Positions 1 to 9,475 of a stretch of 64,000 bases of DNA are shown piece after piece (the first letter of the stretch is position 1; each line of letters opens with the position of its first letter). This DNA is from a virus. The position numbers and the translations under genes were made by a program. The stretch covers positions 1 to 64,000 of the IMG/VR virus record IMGVR_UViG_3300023184_009074, one strand, 5' to 3'. Under the pieces are notes generated by a model, which saw only the letters and a list, made by a program, of their open reading frames with translations, did not search any database and had not been told where the DNA came from.

Positions 1-1010
1 CCTACTACACCACCTCCTACTACGCCACCGCCTACTACACCACCGCCTACTACACCACCGCCTACTACACCACCGCCTACTACACCACCGCCTACTACAC
101 CACCGCCTACTACACCACCGCCTACTACACCACCGCCTACTACGCCACCGCCTACTACGCCACCGCCTACTACACCACCGCCTACTACACCATTACCAAC
201 TACTACGCCATTACCAACTACACCATTACCAACTACACCATTACCAACTACTACACCACCGCCTACTACACCATTACCAACTACTACGCCATTACCAACT
301 ACACCATTACCAACTACACCATTACCAACTACTACACCATTACCAACTACTACGCCATTACCAACTACTACGCCATTACCAACTACTACGCCATTACCAA
401 CTACTACGCCATTACCTACTACTACGCCATTACCTACTACTACACCATTACCTACTACTACACCATTACCTACTACTACACCATTACCTACTACTACACC
501 ATTACCTACTACTACACCATTACCAACTACTACACCATTACCAACTACTACACCACTACCAACATCAACTACTACACCATTACCAACAACTACGCCATTA
601 CCAACAACTACGCCATTACCAACTACTACGCCATTACCAACTACTACGCCATTACCAACTACTACGCCATTACCTACTACTACACCATTACCAACTACTA
701 CACCATTACCAACTACTACACCACTACCAACATCAACTACTACACCATTACCAACAACTACGCCATTACCAACTACTACGCCATTACCAACTACTACGCC
801 ATTACCAACATCAACTACTACACCATTACCAACAACTACGCCATTACCAACATCAACTACTACACCACTACCAACATCAACTACTACACCACTACCAACA
901 TCAACTACTACACCACTACCAACATCAACTACTACACCACTACCAACATCAACTACTACACCACTACCAACATCAACTACTACACCACTACCAACATCAA
1001 CTACTACTAC
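1..1010 (+). repeat. Coding tandem repeat array of 15-, 18- and 24-nt units
   Basis: cctactacaccaccg units grade into ccattaccaactactacg and then ccactaccaacatcaactactaca; all unit lengths are multiples of 3. Confidence 0.95.
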
Positions 1011-1347
1011 ACCTTGTCCATGTAGGTTTAATACTTTAAAGCTTAAAACTGATAATTGTGGTTTTTGTGTAAGTACAGACTACAAGAAATTATTTAAAAT
1101 AGGAAGTGGTAATGTTTATTGGTCTGGTGATCTAGACCAGTGTATAGATAAAGTTCTTATTAACGGACAAGAATCTCCTGTTTACATTACAGATGGAACT
1201 CAAATAACAGTCGCTACAATAAAAGAAGAAAGCTCATGTTGCTTTGAAGTAAATACTTGCAAATATATTTGTAGCAAACAATGCAGTTATAAAAAATCAT
1301 TAAAAGAAACATTGAAAGAAAAAATAAAATTCATCAGAAGAAAATAA
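1..1347 (+). CDS. 5'-truncated mucin-like Pro/Thr-rich protein with a Cys-rich C-terminal domain (probable virion or surface protein); absent from the ORF track
   Basis: Frame 1 reads PTTPP, PLPTTT and PLPTSTTT repeats, then PCPCRFNTLKLKTDNCGFCV...SSCCFEVNTCKYICSKQC...IRRK, ending at TAA 1345-1347. Confidence 0.85.
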   Translation, partial: PTTPPPTTPPPTTPPPTTPPPTTPPPTTPPPTTPPPTTPPPTTPPPTTPPPTTPPPTTPPPTTPLPTTTPLPTTPLPTTPLPTTTPPPTTPLPTTTPLPTTPLPTTPLPTTTPLPTTTPLPTTTPLPTTTPLPTTTPLPTTTPLPTTTPLPTTTPLPTTTPLPTTTPLPTTTPLPTTTPLPTTTPLPTSTTTPLPTTTPLPTTTPLPTTTPLPTTTPLPTTTPLPTTTPLPTTTPLPTTTPLPTSTTTPLPTTTPLPTTTPLPTTTPLPTSTTTPLPTTTPLPTSTTTPLPTSTTTPLPTSTTTPLPTSTTTPLPTSTTTPLPTSTTTPLPTSTTTTPCPCRFNTLKLKTDNCGFCVSTDYKKLFKIGSGNVYWSGDLDQCIDKVLINGQESPVYITDGTQITVATIKEESSCCFEVNTCKYICSKQCSYKKSLKETLKEKIKFIRRK

Positions 1348-3333
1348 TTATTTTATAATATTTTTAAAATTATATTTAGCTATTTTTGATGCCTTTTCAA
1401 TATTATTCAAAATATCATTTTTATTTTTAAATCCAGCATCGTGTAATAATTTTGCTCTTGCAGCACCAATTTTTGGAATTCTTGCAAGTTCAACAAGCTC
1501 TACTGGTATTTTTTTATTGATTCTTAAAGAAATACAATCAAAAGTATTTTTGCAGTCTTTAGAAATATAAGAAAGATCTATTTGTTTTAATATTTGCAAA
1601 GTTCTATCTAACGAAAATTTTAATTTTTTTGCTACTGTTGGGAAAAAATTATCTTTATTGTTAAGCATTGAATAATAACAATACGCAGACTTTATAATAC
1701 CATCTGGAACATTTTTAATATCATATATTTTTTTTAATTCATCAATATATTTTGTAATATATGTCTTTTCACCTTTAGTCATATAATTTGTTATATTATC
1801 GCTATTATTTGCAAGCGAAAAAGATAAACAAAAATCATTGTTGTAATAATTTTTAAAATAATTTATAAATGAATTCTTAAATGAAGCAACTACAAACGGA
1901 GAAACATAATTGTTAACAGAAACTTTTCCAATGTTTGTCAAGCTAAGAATGTCTCTCTGCAAATTAACAACTCCTAACTCAAGTAAATTAGTCAAAGTTG
2001 ATGAAAATATTGATGTGCTTATATTTTTTCCAATAAAATAAGAAAAAGATCTTTTGTACCAATTGAAAATATCTTTAAGTTTATATTCTTGCTTATTGTG
2101 TATTTCACTTAGTATTTGAAAAGCAAGATTTTTATAAAAACCATTTTCTTGATCCAACAATCTACTTGTTATTAATTCTTTTTTTTGAAGTCTTTCTTTT
2201 TCTTGTTTAAAACTACTTTTACCAATAAAAATATAAGCGTCTCCATCTTTATCAAACGCTGGTCTTCCTGCCCTGCCACACTCTTGTTGTATTTCATAAG
2301 AAGGTATAATATGTCCATTTCTTGTAGTGCCCAATATTATTACTCTTCTTGCTGGAGTATTTACTCCAGCAGCTAATGTGCTAGTAGCTACCAAAACTCT
2401 TACTCCGTCTTTTTCACGAAATGATTTTTCGAGGTCGATTCTTTTTTCTTTTAAAAGATCTGCATTATGAAAATCTGCGAAAATAGAGTTATCTTGAAGC
2501 ATTTGTAGCATTGAATGCCCCATTTTTTTACTATGAGTAAATATAATAAATTTATCTGAATTATACTTGGTTGTTAAATCAAGTGCATTTTCGAACATGG
2601 AAACTAAGCTTAAATTATGATTTCCAATTTCATCATCGAAAGGACAAAAATGAACATTTAATTTACAAGGCCTATAATCACTTTCCAATATAAATGTGTC
2701 TTTTTTATTAAGACTTGAAAGCCATTCTGCAAGCTGCATAACATTAGGCATTGTAGCAGACAATAATATTATCTTTGCCTCTGGATTAATTTCTGTAAAT
2801 CTCATTAAAGCTGTTTCTAAATTATCTCCTCTTCCTTCAACAGTTAGCAAGTGAGATTCATCTACAACTAAAACACCACAATCTTTAATAAAAGAACTCT
2901 TTTCGCTTCTATACATTCTTAAACGATGATCAAGCATTTCTGAAGTCAAAATAACAATATCGCTTTCTTGTATTTCTTTTAATCTAGAATCATCAATTTG
3001 ATAATCACCAGTGCAAATAGAAAGTTTTAAATCTGAAAAATGGTGGTTTGGATTTGTCCAATCATCAATTTTTTCTTGTGCAAGAGCTTTCAAAGGAGTC
3101 AAATAAATAAACTTCTTCTTGTTCTCCCTTATCAATCTTGATCCAAATATTTCTGCAACTATTGTTTTACCAGAACTTGTTGAAGCAGCTACCACACCGT
3201 TCATATCTTCACTACAATATGGCATTATTGTGGATTGAACGATATTAAAGTTTTCAAAAGCGTATTTTGCAAAAGGAAAATCTTTTACAGGGACAAGTTG
3301 TTCAGATTCTTTTAATTGTATTATTTTGTTCAT
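1348..3333 (-). CDS. Ski2/Hel308-like SF2 DExH helicase
   Basis: Walker A STSSGKT, DESH, LSAT, STLAAGVN, QECGRAGR; C-terminal HhH IPKIGAARA. Confidence 0.9.
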   Translation of the reverse strand: MNKIIQLKESEQLVPVKDFPFAKYAFENFNIVQSTIMPYCSEDMNGVVAASTSSGKTIVAEIFGSRLIRENKKKFIYLTPLKALAQEKIDDWTNPNHHFSDLKLSICTGDYQIDDSRLKEIQESDIVILTSEMLDHRLRMYRSEKSSFIKDCGVLVVDESHLLTVEGRGDNLETALMRFTEINPEAKIILLSATMPNVMQLAEWLSSLNKKDTFILESDYRPCKLNVHFCPFDDEIGNHNLSLVSMFENALDLTTKYNSDKFIIFTHSKKMGHSMLQMLQDNSIFADFHNADLLKEKRIDLEKSFREKDGVRVLVATSTLAAGVNTPARRVIILGTTRNGHIIPSYEIQQECGRAGRPAFDKDGDAYIFIGKSSFKQEKERLQKKELITSRLLDQENGFYKNLAFQILSEIHNKQEYKLKDIFNWYKRSFSYFIGKNISTSIFSSTLTNLLELGVVNLQRDILSLTNIGKVSVNNYVSPFVVASFKNSFINYFKNYYNNDFCLSFSLANNSDNITNYMTKGEKTYITKYIDELKKIYDIKNVPDGIIKSAYCYYSMLNNKDNFFPTVAKKLKFSLDRTLQILKQIDLSYISKDCKNTFDCISLRINKKIPVELVELARIPKIGAARAKLLHDAGFKNKNDILNNIEKASKIAKYNFKNIIK

Positions 3334-3425
3334 AATTTACATTTTAATGATTTTTAAAATATTTTCCAGATCAAATGAAAATTTTTAAATAGACTTTTTT
3401 AAAAAAAAATATAATAATAATAATA

Positions 3426-3797
3426 ATGCAACATTATTTAAAAGGAATTCTAACAATGTTTAATATAGTTATATTTCATTCTGAAAATGAAATTTTATTA
3501 CCAGAAATAAAAGCTGAGTGCCAGAAACAAAATTGGGTTCCAGTTGCATGCTTGGAAGTTTTAAATAAAAAAACAATATTATTTTTTAATAGTATTGATA
3601 CTGCTAGGAATTTCTTAAGAAGGAATTTTAATAAAAATACTTTCGTTGGTTTAATAATACTTGGAGAAAACGATGTTAAAAATATCAAAGATAATTATGA
3701 TTTTCAAGAATTAAGTTGGCCTAAAAAAATGAATAATATTAGCTTTGAAATAATTGAACTTGAATATAATCCTTTGTTAAAAGTAATTTCAAGTTAA
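3426..3797 (+). CDS. hypothetical protein
   Basis: Open ORF divergent from the helicase gene; start codon uncertain. Confidence 0.65.
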   Translation: MQHYLKGILTMFNIVIFHSENEILLPEIKAECQKQNWVPVACLEVLNKKTILFFNSIDTARNFLRRNFNKNTFVGLIILGENDVKNIKDNYDFQELSWPKKMNNISFEIIELEYNPLLKVISS

Positions 3798-3845
3798 ATA
3801 TTAATACAAATAAATAACACGAGGATAAATAATATAACCTTATAG

Positions 3846-4475
3846 ATGGGATTAAATATGAAACTTGATAAAAAAGACATTCTTCCTCCAGATTTTCAAG
3901 GATGGAATTTTGAAAATCCAATATTTGAAAATTTTGTTTTAAAAATAAAGCCAAAAGTTGTCATCGAATGTGGCACATGGAAGGGCATGAGTGCGATTAA
4001 ATTACACAAAGCTTTACAAAAATTAAAAACTTCATTTCAACTTATTTGTGTAGATACATGGCTTGGAGGAATAGAACACATGGATGAAATGGCATTTCAA
4101 GGATTAATTGCAAAAAAATATGGTTATCCACAATTATATTTTCAATTTCTAAGTAATATGCATCATGCTAAATGTTTGAAAAATTTATTACCAATTCCAA
4201 ATAGTACCTCAAATGCAGCAAAGTGGATAAAAAATAAAAAAATAACAGCACAATTAATTTACATAGATGCCAGTCATGAAAGCCCAGATGTTTTTTATGA
4301 TATAAAAAATTATTGGGATTTACTTGATTCAGGCGGAACTATGTTCGGAGATGATTACAGCTACCCAAAAATTTCTTCAGATTTAAATAGATTCTGTAAG
4401 AATAAAAAATTAAACTTTACCTTAATAAATGATTTTTGGGTATTAAACAAACCGATATTAACAAAGGGGACTTAG
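3846..4475 (+). CDS. class I SAM-dependent methyltransferase (Methyltransf_24-like)
   Basis: IECGTWKGMS, CVDTW, YIDASH and GDDY motifs. Confidence 0.85.
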   Translation: MGLNMKLDKKDILPPDFQGWNFENPIFENFVLKIKPKVVIECGTWKGMSAIKLHKALQKLKTSFQLICVDTWLGGIEHMDEMAFQGLIAKKYGYPQLYFQFLSNMHHAKCLKNLLPIPNSTSNAAKWIKNKKITAQLIYIDASHESPDVFYDIKNYWDLLDSGGTMFGDDYSYPKISSDLNRFCKNKKLNFTLINDFWVLNKPILTKGT

Positions 4476-4486
4476 TTAAAGTCCCC
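4466..4486. terminator. GC-rich hairpin between convergent genes, probable intrinsic terminator
   Basis: ggggactt-agtta-aagtcccc perfect 8-bp stem. Confidence 0.65.
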
Positions 4487-4496
4487 AATTTTATAA

Positions 4497-4784
4497 TTAA
4501 TTAACAGATGCAGTTTTTCTTTCCGACCTATTGCTTCTTCTTTCGTATTCTTTGTTGATAACTCTTGTTAATAAATCAATCATAGAAAAAAATTCTTCTG
4601 AAGTCTTCGCAGATTCAAGCCAATAATGGACTTCATTATCAGAGTAATTTGTTTGTGCTATAAATTGCAAAGCAATTGCTAAATCACCTTGATATTTTTG
4701 ATTTAATCTAGTATATAATAGATTTAGTTCTTCGAAAGAACAAGCTAATGAAAATTGCTTAAGTAAAAAATCAATCTTTTTCAT
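4497..4784 (-). CDS. hypothetical protein
   Basis: Open ORF with a GAGG RBS upstream. Confidence 0.7.
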   Translation of the reverse strand: MKKIDFLLKQFSLACSFEELNLLYTRLNQKYQGDLAIALQFIAQTNYSDNEVHYWLESAKTSEEFFSMIDLLTRVINKEYERRSNRSERKTASVN

Positions 4785-4797
4785 AAATATACCTCAA

Positions 4798-5133
4798 ATG
4801 AAAATTTTAAACAAAGAAAAATTCGAATCCCTTGTTTTGAAAAATTGGACAGAATTTATAAGCTATAAAGATATTTTCTTAACCATAAAAGAAAAATCAT
4901 TAGGCCTAGTTAATTCTATGCCTACTATCAAAGTAAATGCAAGTCCTTTAATAAATTCTAGAGTAATTATGACAAGATTTGAATATCAAGGAGATTCAAT
5001 TGCAGTATGGTTTGACTTTCATGTTACTATAGAACAAGGAAAAAAATACATAGCAGGCACTATAGAATACCTTCTAGATAAGCAATATGAATTAAATTAC
5101 TCTAATATTGAAGCTAACTTATTTATCGTTTAA
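4798..5133 (+). CDS. hypothetical protein
   Basis: Open ORF filling the gap between neighbours. Confidence 0.65.
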   Translation: MKILNKEKFESLVLKNWTEFISYKDIFLTIKEKSLGLVNSMPTIKVNASPLINSRVIMTRFEYQGDSIAVWFDFHVTIEQGKKYIAGTIEYLLDKQYELNYSNIEANLFIV

Positions 5134-5423
5134 ACAACATTAAGCTGTCTTATTTGATTGCCATCTACATCAACAAAAGAGTCTTCTAAAAGATAATTAT
5201 TTTCTTCATCTGAAAATCTAATTCCCAAATTAAAAGAATCAAGAACTGTTGTCCTGTCTTCTTTTTTGGCAATTACATAACAATAATTATTAGTTTTTTC
5301 CTCTTTACCATGCTTATTTTCTTGTAATGTTCCTATTTCTAGTTCAACATTATCTGGTAAAAGTATTTTTAAAACACCATGTTTTCTTAAGTGAGAATTG
5401 ATTAAACTTTGAATTTTATTCAT
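5130..5423 (-). CDS. hypothetical protein (start moved to the ATG at 5423)
   Basis: AAGGAGAGG RBS just upstream of ATG 5423, with a TAAATA box further upstream. Confidence 0.7.
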   Translation of the reverse strand: MNKIQSLINSHLRKHGVLKILLPDNVELEIGTLQENKHGKEEKTNNYCYVIAKKEDRTTVLDSFNLGIRFSDEENNYLLEDSFVDVDGNQIRQLNVV

Positions 5424-5464
5424 GGCCTCTCCTTTAATTAGAGACAACTACTTTATTTAGTATT

Positions 5465-5923
5465 TCAACTTGTAAAATCTGGCATATTTACTGTAATATA
5501 ATTAAATTTATAACCATCATATTCCATTTTTTCAGAATATTGCTCAACTGGGTGCAGTTTTTCCTTATTTTGTTCATTTTCTAAAACCATCCAACAAAAA
5601 ACTTTTTTTGATTCTTTTTCTGTTTCTAAAAAAGAAGTCTTTGTATTTTTGTAAAAAAGCTTTGCAAATTTAACTACTATTGAAAATGGTAAAGTTGGAA
5701 AATCAACTGAATATATTTGTAAATTTTCAAGCTTATATTGAGAATAACTAGAAATAGTATAATGAAAAATTATATTATATCCGTCTATTGTTATTAAGTT
5801 TTTCTTTAATAACAATAATTCATTATCGAATGATTCTGGGTTATTTAAAGATGTATATTTTTTCAATGCACTTGCAAGTATCTTTGATTGTTCAATTTTT
5901 TTATCTAGTATTTCATTAATCAT
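5465..5923 (-). CDS. hypothetical protein
   Basis: Open ORF within a run of minus-strand genes. Confidence 0.65.
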   Translation of the reverse strand: MINEILDKKIEQSKILASALKKYTSLNNPESFDNELLLLKKNLITIDGYNIIFHYTISSYSQYKLENLQIYSVDFPTLPFSIVVKFAKLFYKNTKTSFLETEKESKKVFCWMVLENEQNKEKLHPVEQYSEKMEYDGYKFNYITVNMPDFTS

Positions 5924-5945
5924 ATATTATTTTATGATGATGTAC

Positions 5946-6854
5946 CTATGTTTCAAAATATTTTCTAATTGATTCATAATAAGAATTAAAAATATTATCA
6001 AAAACACTTAATTTCAAATCATTTTTATCTAAACTATAATTATAAATCCTTGATTTGCAAAATTTAAACAAAATATTATTTTTTCCAATATCGAGAAATT
6101 TAAATACATCTTCTATGCTTAGCCATTTTAAATCTTCTTTTCTTACCATTCCATTAGGAACTAAATTGTTTTTATCGCAAGATTCAAGAAATTTATCTAA
6201 TAATAAAATCCAATAGCAAGCATAATCTTCATTTAAACAAGCAGAACAGTCCATAACTCTAAACTCCATTGTCTTTCTATTAGATTTTTTAAAATGATAT
6301 AAATTAATACTATAAAATTTATAATCTTTAATATAAGCTGATAATGCATAATCAACAATAAAATCATTTTTAAAATTATTTTTAAAAAATAAAGGAGAAA
6401 GACTTAAAATCTGAGAATAATTACTTTCTTTTCTATGGTTCGGAACCATTAAAAAGAAAAAAAGCTCACATCTAATCCACCAAGTAATAATGTTTGCCAA
6501 ATATGAATCATCTGTAGATGATAATTCAAAATGAACATGAAAACTACATCTTCGATCTGATTTAATTTTATTATATTTTCTTATAACCTTTATTACATTT
6601 TTTAATTTTTTTAAGTCTCCAAATCCTTTTAAAATTGGTGTACATATTTCAAATCCGCAACTAGAATCAGGCTTAACCAACCAATAATCATTATTAACAG
6701 TAGTATGCCAATTACATACATGAATTTTCGCATTTAACTCATTCTTTAAAATTTCTGCTATATCAAGCATTCCAGAAGGCAAACAATCACCTTCTGGAAG
6801 CTTGCTGTCCATAGAGTTAAATTCAAGCTCGACTCCAAACCTTCTTTTTAACAT
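5946..6854 (-). CDS. putative amidoligase (COOH-NH2 ligase, Amidoligase_2-like)
   Basis: FGVELEF, KPDSSCGFEICTP, CSFHVH, KFYSIN and TMEFR motifs. Confidence 0.85.
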   Translation of the reverse strand: MLKRRFGVELEFNSMDSKLPEGDCLPSGMLDIAEILKNELNAKIHVCNWHTTVNNDYWLVKPDSSCGFEICTPILKGFGDLKKLKNVIKVIRKYNKIKSDRRCSFHVHFELSSTDDSYLANIITWWIRCELFFFLMVPNHRKESNYSQILSLSPLFFKNNFKNDFIVDYALSAYIKDYKFYSINLYHFKKSNRKTMEFRVMDCSACLNEDYACYWILLLDKFLESCDKNNLVPNGMVRKEDLKWLSIEDVFKFLDIGKNNILFKFCKSRIYNYSLDKNDLKLSVFDNIFNSYYESIRKYFET

Positions 6855-8056
6855 TCAATTTCCGAAGAATCATCAGAAATATCGCTTACTTCCAAATCTT
6901 CAGGGTTAGTATTTTCAATACAATTCATAAATGGTTCCAAATACTGTTCTACTTCTTCTTTGTTCTTTGCATCTATAATTGCAGGACAATCATAAAGAAG
7001 CTGAATTGGAACATCATTCCTTTCATTACTGCTTTTAAACTTATATTCTTCCCCATTTGAATAATCCTTGTTTACAATAAAATTACCAGCCCCAGAAGCT
7101 GAAATCCTATCGGCATCTAATAATGCACCAAGTAAACCACCAATAGGATTAATTCCTTTTTCGAAATACAAAGGAATATTCTCAACATCAACATATGGTC
7201 TATAAGCACGATTTTTCTTGTTACTAACCTTAAGATTTATTCCAATAAATTTCTTTCTGCTTCCAGATAATTTTACCTCTAACTTTCTTTGACTTTGTGT
7301 TCGCAAAATCAATGAAGCATAATAAGTAAGAGCAGTTCCTCCACCAGCCTTGGCTTCATTTGGACCATAACCATAACTCATGCCAATTTTTTCTCTAGTT
7401 TGATTCATTACAATTAAACTAGCATCAGATTCCTCTAGAATTGTATTTAACTTACGAAATTCTTTAGAACAAATCTTTGCTCTTTCACCTGGCTGTTCAT
7501 TTGCCCCAACTATTTCTTTAAATTGGGTTTTAGTATATTTTTCTGGTAAATTAATCTCTCTGAATTCTCTAGCACTTGGAGACACTGAAATAGAATCGTA
7601 AACAATTACAATTGGTTTATCTTTATATTCTTCGTGCTTCCGTATGTGCTCAATTGTTTTATGTATTTTCATAAAACAATCTTCAAGCGTTTCTGGGGTA
7701 AATCTAACAATTTTATTTACATCTACATGTGATACCCTAGACATGAAATCGGGATTAACGGCATTTTCTGTATCTAAAAGTACTGGCACACCACCTAGCT
7801 TTTGACAACCATAAAGAATATTAGCCCCAATTAAACTTTTAGAGCTTGCACTAGGACCATATATTTCAGTTAGTCTTCCGCTTGGTATACCACCATTTAT
7901 AAACTTTCCAGAACAAGAATAATTAATTGATAAATTTCCAGTATCAACAAAATACTTTGCAGCATCAAGATTTCCAAGTATTTCTCCCCCAACTTCTTCT
8001 TTCAATGATTCAAAAATATCAAATTCATTTATAGTGTTTTTCTTTGCTCTTCCCAT
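6848..8056 (-). CDS. recA: RecA/UvsX recombinase
   Basis: GIPSGRLTEIYGPSASSKS, LDTENA, IVYDS, NQTR, GGTALTYYAS; GGAGA RBS before ATG 8056. Confidence 0.92.
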   Translation of the reverse strand: MGRAKKNTINEFDIFESLKEEVGGEILGNLDAAKYFVDTGNLSINYSCSGKFINGGIPSGRLTEIYGPSASSKSLIGANILYGCQKLGGVPVLLDTENAVNPDFMSRVSHVDVNKIVRFTPETLEDCFMKIHKTIEHIRKHEEYKDKPIVIVYDSISVSPSAREFREINLPEKYTKTQFKEIVGANEQPGERAKICSKEFRKLNTILEESDASLIVMNQTREKIGMSYGYGPNEAKAGGGTALTYYASLILRTQSQRKLEVKLSGSRKKFIGINLKVSNKKNRAYRPYVDVENIPLYFEKGINPIGGLLGALLDADRISASGAGNFIVNKDYSNGEEYKFKSSNERNDVPIQLLYDCPAIIDAKNKEEVEQYLEPFMNCIENTNPEDLEVSDISDDSSEIEC

Positions 8057-8086
8057 TGTTTTCTCCAGATAAATAAACAAATATTT

Positions 8087-8133
8087 AAAAAAAAAAATAG
8101 TCCTACCACTTAAAATTTATAGTGGCAGGACTA
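8087..8133 (-). terminator. Rho-independent terminator after the SSB gene
   Basis: Minus-strand 13-bp stem tagtcctgccact/agtggtaggacta (one G-U pair) followed by a long U tract. Confidence 0.8.
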
Positions 8134-8142
8134 ATAGAAATA

Positions 8143-9078
8143 TTAAAGACTTTGAAAACTCTTTAAAAAGTCTTCATCAACCATTCCAGCTAATTCAGGA
8201 TCAATATCTGCCTTAGTCTTAACCTCTTCTTTTGAAGATTTAGTCACAGGCTGTGACTCCTTTTTTGCTGTATAAGAAATTGGCTGATCATCTTCCTCGC
8301 CAATATTAGGATTAACAAACTTCCTAACTTCAACTTCCAACTCTTCTCTAGTTGGAATCTTTCTGCATTCAGAAAGATCGTGAATGCTGTGAAGCCACTT
8401 CTTAAGCTCTTCTGTTGTTCCAGCAGGACATGGATCAGTGAAGATAGAATGATCATAATTAGGATATTCTGCACCACCACTACCACGAACAACTTTTTTG
8501 ATTAATTTAAAATCTCTTCCTTTGAAAGGATCAGTAACATCACCTAATGCTTCCTTTCCTATCATTTCGCTACCACGGATAGACTCAAGGATTAAAGTTT
8601 GAACAGTTTTGCCAATAGCAAGAATTTTAGGCCCAACATTCTTATCTACAGCACCAGTTTTTGGATTATTTTCAGATCTTACGATTGCATTCCAAAAATA
8701 TCTTTCTACAGGCTTTAGGCTTCTTGCTTTATTTTCAATCTTTGATCTTTCATGAATATCACCAGTGTTCTTAGCTTCTTGCCAAAGTGCATTATATTTC
8801 TTGCAACATGGACATTCACCTCTGCTAGAATCTACAACCCACTTCCCCTCAACAATAGTCCTTGTGCAATGAAGACTCTTGCCGTTAATATAATGGATTC
8901 TAGTAGAACAAAATAAATCCTTGCCCTTTATTTTTGGCAACAAACGAATATTAACAAAGCCTTCTTTGTCAGGCATTTTAATGTAAGTCTCGCTAAGACC
9001 AGTATTAGTCTTGTTAAGCCTATCGGCCTCTTTATTAATTTCGGTTAAATTTAAAGGTTCAAAAGACAATTCTGACAT
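8143..9078 (-). CDS. T4 gp32-like single-stranded DNA-binding protein
   Basis: IRLLP, H...C...CPCC zinc ligands, RYFWNAIVR, DPFKGRDFKL, YPNYDHS, acidic tail; adjacent to recA. Confidence 0.85.
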   Translation of the reverse strand: MSELSFEPLNLTEINKEADRLNKTNTGLSETYIKMPDKEGFVNIRLLPKIKGKDLFCSTRIHYINGKSLHCTRTIVEGKWVVDSSRGECPCCKKYNALWQEAKNTGDIHERSKIENKARSLKPVERYFWNAIVRSENNPKTGAVDKNVGPKILAIGKTVQTLILESIRGSEMIGKEALGDVTDPFKGRDFKLIKKVVRGSGGAEYPNYDHSIFTDPCPAGTTEELKKWLHSIHDLSECRKIPTREELEVEVRKFVNPNIGEEDDQPISYTAKKESQPVTKSSKEEVKTKADIDPELAGMVDEDFLKSFQSL

Positions 9079-9149
9079 GATAATCTCTCTTTCTATGAAA
9101 CTAGAGTGGTTTTATGAGTCATCAAAAGCATTATTTGATGACAAGGCTT

Positions 9150-9178
9150 ATAGTAACATAGATGTTTTTACAAATCAA
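9150..9178 (-). promoter_or_regulatory. sigma70-type promoter for the SSB gene
   Basis: TTGATT-N17-TACTAT with an extended -10 TG. Confidence 0.55.
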
Positions 9179-9192
9179 GTCTTTTATTCAAT

Positions 9193-9474
9193 CTATTCTG
9201 AAATATTTTTTTGAATATTTTTTTCAATTTCTTCTTTTCTTAAAGCTTCTTCTTTTTCCATTTCACTCTGTATTTCTTCTAACTTTCTTAAGTTATGTTC
9301 AATTTTTTCCATTTTTGACTGCAATTCCAATTCTTTCTTTTTATTTTCATCTTTCTGCAAAGCTTTATCCCTCCTTCTTTCTTCTAATGCCTTTTCACGG
9401 AGCAATTGTATTTTTGCTCTCGATTTTTTTTGTCTCTCTTTTCTTTTAATAAACTTCTTATGTTCTTTCGACAT
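9193..9474 (-). CDS. charged coiled-coil hypothetical protein
   Basis: K/E/R-rich; probable start MSKEHKK at 9474, coupled to the upstream stop. Confidence 0.7.
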   Translation of the reverse strand: MSKEHKKFIKRKERQKKSRAKIQLLREKALEERRRDKALQKDENKKKELELQSKMEKIEHNLRKLEEIQSEMEKEEALRKEEIEKNIQKNISE

Positions 9475-9475
9475 T

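Noticed and set aside
1-1010. CRISPR array or telomere-like repeat
   Set aside because: There are no unique spacers; all units are multiples of 3 in one open frame leading into a normal C-terminal domain, so it is a coding repeat.
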